A DNA stretch of 64,000 nucleotides, from NCBI GenBank assembly GCA_009782875.1, contig WRIE01000003.1, forward strand, positions 9,236-73,235. The letters run 5' to 3'. Below are positions 18,865-26,713 of the stretch, piece after piece (position 1 is the first letter of the stretch; each line of letters begins with the position of its first letter). A program made the translations under genes and the position numbers. This stretch comes from Eubacteriaceae bacterium. Lineage in GTDB: Bacteria > Bacillota > Clostridia > Eubacteriales > Anaerofustaceae. Below the pieces are notes generated by a model. The model ran no database searches and had not been told where the DNA came from. It saw nothing but the letters and a program-made list of their open reading frames with translations.

Positions 18865-18926
18865 AAAAAATAGTTGACACATAAACTGCAGTGTGCTAAA
18901 AATAGTTGATGTGTCAACTATTTTTT
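18865..18926 (+). promoter_or_regulatory. 18-bp perfect inverted repeat (AAAAAATAGTTGACACAT / ATGTGTCAACTATTTTTT) containing a TAGTTGA-N4-TCAACTA palindrome. Either a terminator or a MarR-type operator.
   Basis: Arms at 18865-18882 and 18909-18926, verified base by base. Lies between marR and the next ORF. Confidence 0.5.
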
Positions 18927-18960
18927 ATGCATTCAATAGTCTTGGCGGCATGGAGGTTTT

Positions 18961-19383
18961 ATGGCTGAGAAGTACTATCTGATGTCGAAGGACACGGGCA
19001 ACGGCCCATGTCTTATGGGTGAGCTGCAGCGCTTGGGCAAAGGCGAATACCAGTTCCGGTATCTGGTTGAAGGCGGCATGTTTCCGGAATGGTTCATGCA
19101 AATACCAGGAATGGGAGATATCAGCAGAGTATATAGTACAAAAGAGGCGTTGTATTATATAATCAACCGCCTGGTTCCAGAAGAAGGCTCTTGGGAAGCC
19201 GGCGTGCTGATGGGGCAGAACGGCATTGCTGAATTCGACGAATGGGATTTGTTGGAGTCTTTAGTCGCCATGCATGGGCAGTACCAGGCTGGCAAACCTC
19301 CTTTGTGCGATTCACACCAATTATTCTACTTTTACCCGAGTATACCGGACCATGCAAAACGGTATGGCCGGGAAGCGGTATGA
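18961..19383 (+). CDS. HipA N-terminal-domain-like protein (HipS-like)
   Basis: MGELQRLGKGEYQFRY...PEWF and RLVPEEG...FDEWDLLESL parallel the E. coli HipA VGEL...G..F.Y..EWL and LLPD...FDLLSEIG segments. GGAGG RBS. Confidence 0.5.
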   Translation: MAEKYYLMSKDTGNGPCLMGELQRLGKGEYQFRYLVEGGMFPEWFMQIPGMGDISRVYSTKEALYYIINRLVPEEGSWEAGVLMGQNGIAEFDEWDLLESLVAMHGQYQAGKPPLCDSHQLFYFYPSIPDHAKRYGREAV

Positions 19384-19384
19384 C

Positions 19385-20218
19385 ATGCAAGGAGAGGCTA
19401 ATTTGGGCTGGTGGCATGAGAAGGATTGGCTTGACCCAAACCAGTGGGTCATGAGCGGCGTCGAGGTATCAGGCACTACGGGCAACATGTGTTGGGTAAT
19501 GAATACTGTGACGGGCGACAGCGGGCTTTTCAAACCTGAGAGCCAGTGGAGGCGATCCGCATATAGTGAATACGCGGCATCAAAAATTGCGGAGGCTCTA
19601 GAAATCCCAAGCGCGAAAATACTAGTTGGCAAATTGTTTGGGGCAAGCGGATGCATCAGCCTGGATGTTCGAAAAGGCTGCAGCGACCATGTTCTTACAT
19701 GTGGCTCTTTGCTTCGATGCGGAGGGCTGCTTAACAGGAAAAAATCTGATGGCAACGAGATGGTTTACGACAACCCTGGCGAAATGTCATTTCAAGGCCT
19801 GCTCCCGTATTTGCCGCCTGATGCTGAACTGGGCATGGCAAAAATGATGTTTTTTGATGCCGTTATAAAAAACTCCGGAAGGCATGGGAGCAACTTTATG
19901 TTCGCTATTGACCACCGCCGGGCTATAAGCGGATTTCTGCCTCTTTATGACCATGGAAATGCTTTGCAGCAGGGCGTTTCCAGATGGGGCAGAGGCCGCC
20001 GGGAGGGTTCTGCTTTTGCTTATCACGGTTATGCCAGCATGCGCCAGACTTTTCCATTTGACGATTTGTATGCGTGTTTGCGCCGCGACTACCCGGCGTT
20101 GGTTGGCTCATTGGTTGCAAAGCTTCGAAGCGGTGGATTCCGGGAAGCGACGGCGAAGCTGGAATGCTATGATTTCATTATTGAGCGGCTTAATAATTTA
20201 GAAAGAGGAGAGAAATAA
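19385..20218 (+). CDS. HipA C-terminal (kinase-fold)-like protein (HipT-like) with non-canonical active-site residues
   Basis: GLFKPE (cf. HipA IIKLP), IKNSGRHGSNFMF (cf. ATDGHAKNFSV), LPLYDHG (cf. TPFYDII). Alternative TTG start at 19403 behind AAGGAGAG. Confidence 0.55.
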   Translation: MQGEANLGWWHEKDWLDPNQWVMSGVEVSGTTGNMCWVMNTVTGDSGLFKPESQWRRSAYSEYAASKIAEALEIPSAKILVGKLFGASGCISLDVRKGCSDHVLTCGSLLRCGGLLNRKKSDGNEMVYDNPGEMSFQGLLPYLPPDAELGMAKMMFFDAVIKNSGRHGSNFMFAIDHRRAISGFLPLYDHGNALQQGVSRWGRGRREGSAFAYHGYASMRQTFPFDDLYACLRRDYPALVGSLVAKLRSGGFREATAKLECYDFIIERLNNLERGEK

Positions 20219-21495
20219 TGGCTGAAAATAGTAAGACAAAACCCAAATTATCTAGAGCGGTCCAAGTCATCATCGTATTTGGCCTGATCAGCTTGTTTGC
20301 TGACATTGTTTACGAAGGCGCGCGCAGCGCCACAGGGCAATACTTGCAGTTGCTTGGGGCAAACGCGACTATAGTGGGCCTGATCGTCGGTTTTGGAGAA
20401 TTCTTGGCATATGCTTTGCGGTTATTTGCCGGCACAGCGTCTGACAGGTCTAAAAACTACTGGCTGTTTATTTTTGCGGGATATGGCATGTTGCTCGTTG
20501 TGCCGTTGATTGGTGTTGCTAGCAGTTGGCATTGGGTTTTGGTATTGATGATGTGCGAGAGGATAGGAAAGGCTTTGCGCAACCCGTCGAAAGACACGAT
20601 CTTATCCCATGTAGCCGAAGGTGAGGTTGGGACAGGTTTTGCTTTCGGGCTGCAGGAGGCGCTGGACCAACTTGGCGCATTTTCTGGTCCCCTGGTGTTC
20701 TCGGTCATGTTCTGGCTTTCCGGGAGGCAAGGGATTGCTGAATACAAACGTGGATTCCTGTATATGGCATTCCCGTTTGTGGTGCTCATGTTGGTGGTTT
20801 ATAGCGCGTATCGAATGGTCACTAAAAATCAAATGCTTGAAGTCGAGGACAGGACAGCTGGCGAGTCCGAAAAAATGGCGAAGGTTTTTTGGATCTACAC
20901 CGCTTTTACATTTTTCTCATTATTGGGTTTCACCCAGTTTGCCCTTATCGGCTACCACCTGAAAGCGCAAGCCATTCTGCCTGATGTGCAGATAACTCTT
21001 ATGTACTCGATTACTATGGCAATAGACGCCTTTGCGGCCATAGCCATCGGCTTCATATATGACCGGGTAAAGAAAAAAACCGGAAACAAGCAGGGCGGGC
21101 TTCTCACGCTGCTTTTCATCCCGGCTGCCACCGCCCTGATACCTTTTTTGGCGCTTGGCAATTCAATTCCAATGGTGGTTGCAGGCTTGGTGTGTTATGG
21201 GATCGTAATGGGTGCCCACGAAACGGTCATGCGCTCGGCTATCGCCGATATAACACCGTTGCGCAAGCGAGGCACAGGTTATGGAATATTTAATACCGCA
21301 TATGGCGTCGCTTTGCTGATGGGCACTTCGCTTTTTGGCATTTTGTATGATAATGTAAGCATATTTACAATACAGATGGTTATAGTAGCAGCTGAACTCA
21401 TTGCTGTGGGTGTGTTCATTGTAATGAGCAACCAGATCAAGAAGGAAACGCTGCTTCAGAATGCGGCAGAAGATGGCTCAAGCCAGGGCCAGTAA
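20218..21495 (+). CDS. MFS transporter
   Basis: About 12 predicted TM segments. MFS loop motif GTASDRSKN. Start overlaps the upstream stop (TAATG). Strong RBS. Confidence 0.85.
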   Translation: MAENSKTKPKLSRAVQVIIVFGLISLFADIVYEGARSATGQYLQLLGANATIVGLIVGFGEFLAYALRLFAGTASDRSKNYWLFIFAGYGMLLVVPLIGVASSWHWVLVLMMCERIGKALRNPSKDTILSHVAEGEVGTGFAFGLQEALDQLGAFSGPLVFSVMFWLSGRQGIAEYKRGFLYMAFPFVVLMLVVYSAYRMVTKNQMLEVEDRTAGESEKMAKVFWIYTAFTFFSLLGFTQFALIGYHLKAQAILPDVQITLMYSITMAIDAFAAIAIGFIYDRVKKKTGNKQGGLLTLLFIPAATALIPFLALGNSIPMVVAGLVCYGIVMGAHETVMRSAIADITPLRKRGTGYGIFNTAYGVALLMGTSLFGILYDNVSIFTIQMVIVAAELIAVGVFIVMSNQIKKETLLQNAAEDGSSQGQ

Positions 21496-21590
21496 GTTAT
21501 TTTTTGTAAAATCAATTGGCAGCCAGTGGCTATTACCGGATGGTTATAGATTGGATCCACACAACAACTCTGCATACCAGATATCATAAT

Positions 21591-21634
21591 AAAACAAAAC
21601 GGTGGCGCCATATCCAGCACCACCGTTTTGTTTT
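21591..21634. terminator. Bidirectional Rho-independent terminator
   Basis: AAAACAAAACGGTGGCGC...GCACCACCGTTTTGTTTT, a long stem flanked by A- and T-runs between convergent genes. Confidence 0.6.
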
Positions 21635-21811
21635 ATTATGGCCGGCAGCGGAGCCAGGCCAATCCTGGCACATAACCGCCGAGCCCAAAGTGCATAGCCA
21701 AATTTTCTTAGGCGACAAAAAACACCTCTTTATATTGTATTTTGATTTTGAGCCTTTTTATTTCTTGCGGGCTAGCCCATTTGTGCCGCAAATGGCTGAT
21801 AGCATCCCCGG

Positions 21812-22240
21812 CTATGGCCTAAAAGCCCCACCCAAGTTTTCCCTGGCAATTGATAGCTGCTTTTCGAACTCTTTTTGGGAAACTCCGAAAAAAACCGCGC
21901 TAATCCCCGTCTTCTTGAAGGCAGCAGCCTCATCAATGCTTCCAGTAACCAGAGTTGCCCCACGCGCGCCTAAACTCACATTGATTGCCCCTTTGCCGTC
22001 AGATATTGTCCCGGCAAGAGACTTTGCCGCCCCGCCGCTTTTCTTTGCCCATCTTTCCAGTTTTGCCATCTCAATTGACATTATCCGAAGGATCTCATCA
22101 GTTTTGCCATCAATATACTCGTAAAACTCTCCATAGCAAGCTCCGCCGCTGTACGAGGTCTTTGGAGGCGGCGACGGCCTCCAAGGCGCCTGGGAAGCTA
22201 CAGGTTTTTCATTTTTTGCGGAATTGTCTTCTTGGTTCAC
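21812..22240 (-). CDS. Hypothetical protein (Pro-rich N-terminus, unknown family)
   Basis: 142-aa ORF divergent from rpmH. No motif recognised. Stop lies ~175 nt before the terminator, so a 3' frameshift is possible. Confidence 0.45.
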   Translation of the reverse strand: MNQEDNSAKNEKPVASQAPWRPSPPPKTSYSGGACYGEFYEYIDGKTDEILRIMSIEMAKLERWAKKSGGAAKSLAGTISDGKGAINVSLGARGATLVTGSIDEAAAFKKTGISAVFFGVSQKEFEKQLSIARENLGGAFRP

Positions 22241-22300
22241 TGGACCCTCCTATAAAATGCCAAGCATTTATCTCAATAATAGCCGAAAAACAACAAGTCC

Positions 22301-22329
22301 TTGACTTTAACAAGCAAGGGCATTAAAAT
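22301..22329 (+). promoter_or_regulatory. Candidate sigma-A promoter of rpmH (TTGACT-17 nt-TAAAAT)
   Basis: Hexamers and spacing read directly from the sequence, ~45 nt upstream of the rpmH ATG. Confidence 0.4.
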
Positions 22330-22372
22330 ATTATAGCATTCAATCAAGTATTAGGAAGGCGGCTGAAAAAAA

Positions 22373-22507
22373 ATGAAAAGAACTTACCAGCCAAATAACC
22401 ACAAACGCAAGAAGAACCATGGTTTTAGGGCCAGAATGTCATCCAAAGGCGGCAGAAGGGTTCTTTCTCGCAGAAGGCGCAAAGGGCGCAGCGCCCTCTC
22501 AGCTTAA
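22373..22507 (+). CDS. rpmH: 50S ribosomal protein L34 (below the ORF-track size cut-off)
   Basis: Manual translation gives [44 protein letters not shown]. Confidence 0.95.
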   Translation: MKRTYQPNNHKRKKNHGFRARMSSKGGRRVLSRRRRKGRSALSA

Positions 22508-22606
22508 TTCGGCAGTGCCGGGATTGTCCGGCGAAATTGCCGCTCAATGCTGCTGTAGTAAATGCCGGGCAATTGTCAAATATCGCTACGGCATTTTTTG
22601 CGTATC

Positions 22607-22945
22607 ATGAAATTGCCAACAATAAAGAAAAATAGGGAGTTTAGGGCTGTCTACAAACATTCCCAGTCAATTGCAGACCAAAATTTGGTTCTCTATAAAA
22701 TGGGAAACAACACTTCCTCGTCAAGATTCGGGATAACTGTGTCCTCAAAAGTTGGGAACGCAGTTAAAAGAAACAAAATCAAGCGCAGGCTCAAAGAAAT
22801 TTTGAGCTCTAAATTCAATCAAATCGCAGTGGGCTATGATATAATTTTCGTTGTCAGGGTCAAGGCTGCCCAAGCATCATTCCAAAGCCTTGAAAAATCA
22901 GTAGACAAGTTGCTTGACAAGGCGTCTTTGCATCGGGGTAATTGA
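22607..22945 (+). CDS. rnpA: Ribonuclease P protein component
   Basis: [18 protein letters not shown]...[25 protein letters not shown]. Follows rpmH. Confidence 0.9.
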   Translation: MKLPTIKKNREFRAVYKHSQSIADQNLVLYKMGNNTSSSRFGITVSSKVGNAVKRNKIKRRLKEILSSKFNQIAVGYDIIFVVRVKAAQASFQSLEKSVDKLLDKASLHRGN

Positions 22946-22979
22946 TACAAAAGCATGCCTTGCAGCTTTTATAGGGCAA

Positions 22980-23189
22980 ATGTCGTATTTTGCAAAGTTG
23001 GTTATACGTTTCTACCAAAAGAGAATATCCCCATTGTTTTGGCCCCATTGCAAGTACGTGCCGACATGTTCGGCATACGCCCTAGGAGCCTTTGAAAAAT
23101 ACGGCTTTTTTAAAGGGCTGGGCCTATCAGTTTGGCGTATCCTCCGATGCAACCCATTCAGCAAAGGCGGGTACGATCCAGTGCCTTAA
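22980..23189 (+). CDS. yidD: Membrane protein insertion efficiency factor YidD
   Basis: YQKRISPL....[11 protein letters not shown]...G..KG......[15 protein letters not shown] signature. Confidence 0.9.
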   Translation: MSYFAKLVIRFYQKRISPLFWPHCKYVPTCSAYALGAFEKYGFFKGLGLSVWRILRCNPFSKGGYDPVP

Positions 23190-23209
23190 TCTAGGAGGGC
23201 AATTTAAGA

Positions 23210-24037
23210 ATGTCTTATCTGTACACTTTTTTTGGCGGCATATTGCGGTCAATCTACGATGTCACTATGAATTACGGCTGGTCAATTGTTTTATTTGCAC
23301 TTTTCGCCAAACTAATAACCATTCCTATAAGCGTCACACAACACAAGTCAACCCAGTTAATGAAAGCCATGGGGCCTATGCAAGAGGCTCTCCAGAAAAA
23401 ACACGCAGGCAACCGGGAAAAGCTCAACGATGAAATTTTCAAGCTTTACCAGCGTTATGACTACAAACCGTGGGCCTCGTGTTTGCCTTTGTTGCTCCAA
23501 TTCCCCATAATGATCGGGCTTTATGGGGCTTTGAGGTCGCCGGACCAATACGTGTTTACCCCAGAGGAATATGCTTTGGTCAACAAGTCTTTCCTTTGGA
23601 TTGCAGACATGACAAAGACCCCGATCGAGACCTACCGGGCAGTGGGGATCACATCGCAATTCCTTATCACCTTGGTTTTGCCATTGATTGCCATCGCTTT
23701 GACTTTCTATTCCCAAAAGGTTTCAAGCCCGCCGACAAACGACCAGACAAGGTCGACCATGATGATGATGAATGCCATGGTCGGCATAATGGTGTTCACT
23801 TTGAACCAAGGCCTTTGCATCTACTGGGTAATGCAATCGTTATTGACGATTATCCAGACAGCAGTGCTCACAAAAGTTGTCAAAGTCAAACTTCCAGAGC
23901 CTCCTGCGCGCAGGAGGAAGAAGAGGCCGGCATCAGGTGTTGACAAGCCAACACCCGGAGCTAAACCGGCAGTGGCGGCTGCGCCAAAAACTGGCACGCC
24001 TCCAAAGCCAAGAAACAAAAAGGGCGGCAAGAAATAA
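23210..24037 (+). CDS. yidC: YidC/Oxa1/SpoIIIJ-type membrane insertase
   Basis: Multi-TM protein with a basic Lys/Pro-rich tail. Conserved position after rnpA-yidD. AGGAGG RBS. Confidence 0.9.
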   Translation: MSYLYTFFGGILRSIYDVTMNYGWSIVLFALFAKLITIPISVTQHKSTQLMKAMGPMQEALQKKHAGNREKLNDEIFKLYQRYDYKPWASCLPLLLQFPIMIGLYGALRSPDQYVFTPEEYALVNKSFLWIADMTKTPIETYRAVGITSQFLITLVLPLIAIALTFYSQKVSSPPTNDQTRSTMMMMNAMVGIMVFTLNQGLCIYWVMQSLLTIIQTAVLTKVVKVKLPEPPARRRKKRPASGVDKPTPGAKPAVAAAPKTGTPPKPRNKKGGKK

Positions 24038-24102
24038 AAAAGTCGTTTCATGTCAATTATAACGAACAGGAGAAGGCGGATTCCCATTTCCGCCGCCATT
24101 TG

Positions 24103-24732
24103 ATGAAAAGCATAGTAACAAAAGCCAAAACCATTGACGATGCTGTCAATAAAGCCTTGGCAGAGCTGGGGGTTGGCATAGATGATGTCACTGTGAATGT
24201 GCTTGAGACACCAAGCACAGGCCTTATCGGCGTATTTGGCAACCGGCAAGCAAAAGTCGAGGTCATCGTAAAGGACTCGGCAGCTGAAACCGCCTCCGCT
24301 TTTTTGGCGGATGTTTTTGGAGCCATGGGCATTGAGGTGCAAATCGACTCAAGCGTTGAAGACGAGGTTCTAGTGTTATCATTGTCATCCCCTAAAGCCG
24401 GGATCTTGATTGGCAAACGGGGCGCGACTCTAGATGCCTTGCAATACCTGACCTCTCTGGCCGCAAACAAAGCGCCTGGCCAGTACCAAAGGATCGTTTT
24501 GGATATAGAGTCATACAGGGAAAAGCGCAAGCGCGCCCTTCAAGACCTTGCAGACCGCATTGCATTGAATGTGGCAAAAAGGCGCTCAAGGCACGCCCTG
24601 GAGCCAATGAACCCATATGAGAGGCGTATCATCCACTCCTCGCTGCAAAATTACAAAAATATCTCAACCTATTCAGAAGGCGAAGAGCCCAACAGGCATG
24701 TTGTGATCGAATACAAAAGGGAACAAGTGTAA
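24103..24732 (+). CDS. jag: Jag/KhpB RNA-binding protein (KH + R3H domains)
   Basis: GKRGATLDALQYL (KH) and LEPMNPYERRIIHSSL (R3H) motifs. Follows yidC. Confidence 0.85.
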   Translation: MKSIVTKAKTIDDAVNKALAELGVGIDDVTVNVLETPSTGLIGVFGNRQAKVEVIVKDSAAETASAFLADVFGAMGIEVQIDSSVEDEVLVLSLSSPKAGILIGKRGATLDALQYLTSLAANKAPGQYQRIVLDIESYREKRKRALQDLADRIALNVAKRRSRHALEPMNPYERRIIHSSLQNYKNISTYSEGEEPNRHVVIEYKREQV

Positions 24733-24735
24733 CTA

Positions 24736-25317
24736 ATGGCGCAGCTCTATTTCAGGTATTCTACGATGAACGCAGGCAAATCACTCGAAGTGATAAAGAT
24801 CGCCCACAATTATGAAGAACAGGGCAAACGCGCGCTCTTATTCACATCAGAGCTTGACGACCGCTACGAGAGGGGATTTGTCGCGTCCCGGGTCGGCATT
24901 AAAAAAGAAGCGATTATGTTCAACGAAAACACATCGATCATGAACTCTATGAACTTGGCGCTCTCGCAAGACCCGTCGAGGATCCACTGCATCCTTGTAG
25001 ACGAAGGCCAGTTCTTGAGCCACAAGCAAGTGGTAGAGCTAACCCAGATCGTTGATTACATGGATGTCCCAGTTATTGTGTATGGGTTGAAAAACGACTT
25101 TTCCAACAACCTGTTTGAAGGAAGCCGCGCTCTGCTGGTTTACGCAGACAAGATCGAGGAAGTGAAAACCGTGTGTTGGTTCTGCGATAAAAAAGCCACA
25201 ATGATCCTTAGGCTTGTTGACGGCAAGCCTGTCTATGTCGGCGAGCAGGTAATGATAGGCGGCAACGACAATTACTTGCCTGTTTGCCGAAAGTGCTATA
25301 GCAACCCAAAGATTTGA
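24736..25317 (+). CDS. tdk: Thymidine kinase
   Basis: MNAGKS P-loop, VDEGQF, and a C-terminal Zn ribbon CWFCDKKA...CRKCY. Confidence 0.95.
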   Translation: MAQLYFRYSTMNAGKSLEVIKIAHNYEEQGKRALLFTSELDDRYERGFVASRVGIKKEAIMFNENTSIMNSMNLALSQDPSRIHCILVDEGQFLSHKQVVELTQIVDYMDVPVIVYGLKNDFSNNLFEGSRALLVYADKIEEVKTVCWFCDKKATMILRLVDGKPVYVGEQVMIGGNDNYLPVCRKCYSNPKI

Positions 25318-25330
25318 AGCCTATGAAGTG

Positions 25331-25351
25331 ACGCCTATATGGCGTTTTTTC
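25331..25351 (+). terminator. Rho-independent terminator after tdk
   Basis: ACGCC-TATAT-GGCGT followed by TTTTTT. Confidence 0.65.
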
Positions 25352-25732
25352 TTTTTGAGGCAAAAAAGGCAACCTTGCTGTAAAATCGAGGAAGCAAGGT
25401 GGAGTGCAGCAGGCTTCTGCAATGCTGCAAAAATCGAAAAATACCTAAAACCTCTCTGCGTTAAATCTATACTGCCTAGGGATGTACCATCACATGGTGC
25501 TTATTTTCTTTCATGGCTGAGATTGCAATTGGCCCATGTGTAGCAGGAAAGGCATATTGGACCTATAAAATTTATTCATGGGGATCAAAGCAGTCTGCCA
25601 GGATTGCATGTTCTAGAAAAGGCAAATATTCCCCATCATAATTCAGGTCCTCTTTATGCATGATGCATATAGCACATTTAGCTCAAAGCCTGGGGAGAAC
25701 AAAAAGTATGTGGCATAAATGCTGGCACATAG

Positions 25733-25867
25733 CGGGCGGCATTTTGGGCAGCAGGGTTTTATGTGGATACAGCGGGCAGAAATGAAGAGCTGATCCGAAA
25801 ATACATCAAGGAACAAGAAGAATATGACACGCAAGGTGAGGCCTGGCCGCATCCACAGCCTCTTTAG
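25733..25867 (+). pseudogene. IS200/IS605-family Y1 transposase (TnpA) C-terminal remnant
   Basis: Frame reads AAFWAAGFYVDTAGRNEELIRKYIKEQEEYD. Compare Salmonella IS200 EFWCRGYYVDTVGKNTAKIQDYIKHQLEED. Upstream frames are broken by stops and a 1-nt indel. Confidence 0.6.
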
Positions 25868-25974
25868 GGGCTAAAAGCCGGCAGAATCCTTTTGAGGATT
25901 GTTGGAGCGAAAAGGATTGCTATGCCACAAAAGCGCCTTTAGGCGCTGCTAGTATTCGGCCCCTTATAGGGGCT
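25857..25974 (+). repeat. Cluster of four related mini-hairpins (6-bp stems, 3-4 nt loops; unit ~AGCSYCTTTAGGSGCT)
   Basis: AGCCTCTTTAGGGGCT (25857-72), AATCCTTTTGAGGATT (25885-900), AGCGCCTTTAGGCGCT (25932-47), GCCCCTTATAGGGGC (25959-73). Confidence 0.55.
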
Positions 25975-26200
25975 ATTAAGCAATAGCGGCGGTCTTCTCA
26001 TCCGGTATCGTAAGCGCAAAGTTATTTGGCAAACTGCCATGCTTTGTGTATTCGTCATCAAGTAAATGATTTTTCAGATTTCTGAAACTCCAGAACCCGT
26101 CTGCGCAACGCGGGATATAATACCACCGTTCAGCGGCTGAGTTGCATTTCCTTTCTCACTATGAAGGCTGTATCCAACGCGACTAAACGCAAGCATTTGG

Positions 26201-26245
26201 TTCACGTCTAATTCGGCAGACAGTATCTGCCGAATTAGACGTGAA
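26201..26245. repeat. Perfect 19-bp inverted repeat with a 7-nt loop
   Basis: TTCACGTCTAATTCGGCAG-acagtat-CTGCCGAATTAGACGTGAA, verified base by base. Confidence 0.7.
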
Positions 26246-26713
26246 TCATCATCTTCAGTATTGCTCATCACCAAATTGGCAGTTGACAACTGCCAGTTTG
26301 GTTCAAATTCAGATGCCCATTTGGATATTTATTTCTCATATAATGGTAAACAGCCTTTTTATTGTTATCATACCATTTATCGACATTAATAGATATATTA
26401 AACAGCCTCTAAGGAAACTGGTTAATATTGTGGCTCACAGACAAACCCTTCAGACGAGTTTGATGGTCATTCCCAAATAGAGAGGCAGATTGGTAATTCC
26501 ACCTTCTGTGACGTATCCGTGCCTAGAATACCGGATTGCATCGCGGGGCTGCCGATACTTTATATAGCGAAAGGTATCTGGCGAGGATTTCATGACAATC
26601 AATATCGACAGAATAGAACCATTTGTGGAATGGAATTACAAAATATCCCCTGTATGAAATCGTCATGTTCTTTACGGACAGTTCCTAAGGACTTTTTTAT
26701 TTACCGCAAGGCG

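Noticed and set aside
21640-21811. Tiny ORFs (e.g. a 19-aa ORF, MHFGLGGYVPGLAWLRCRP, and a 44-codon TTG ORF behind AAAGAGGTG) between the 142-aa gene and the terminator
   Set aside because: They are too short and unsupported. One reads through the terminator stem. They may simply reflect a frameshifted 3' end of the upstream gene.
22241-22372. oriC / DnaA-box cluster next to rpmH
   Set aside because: No TTATCCACA-like 9-mers within one mismatch cluster here. Only a promoter-like TTGACT-17-TAAAAT is present.
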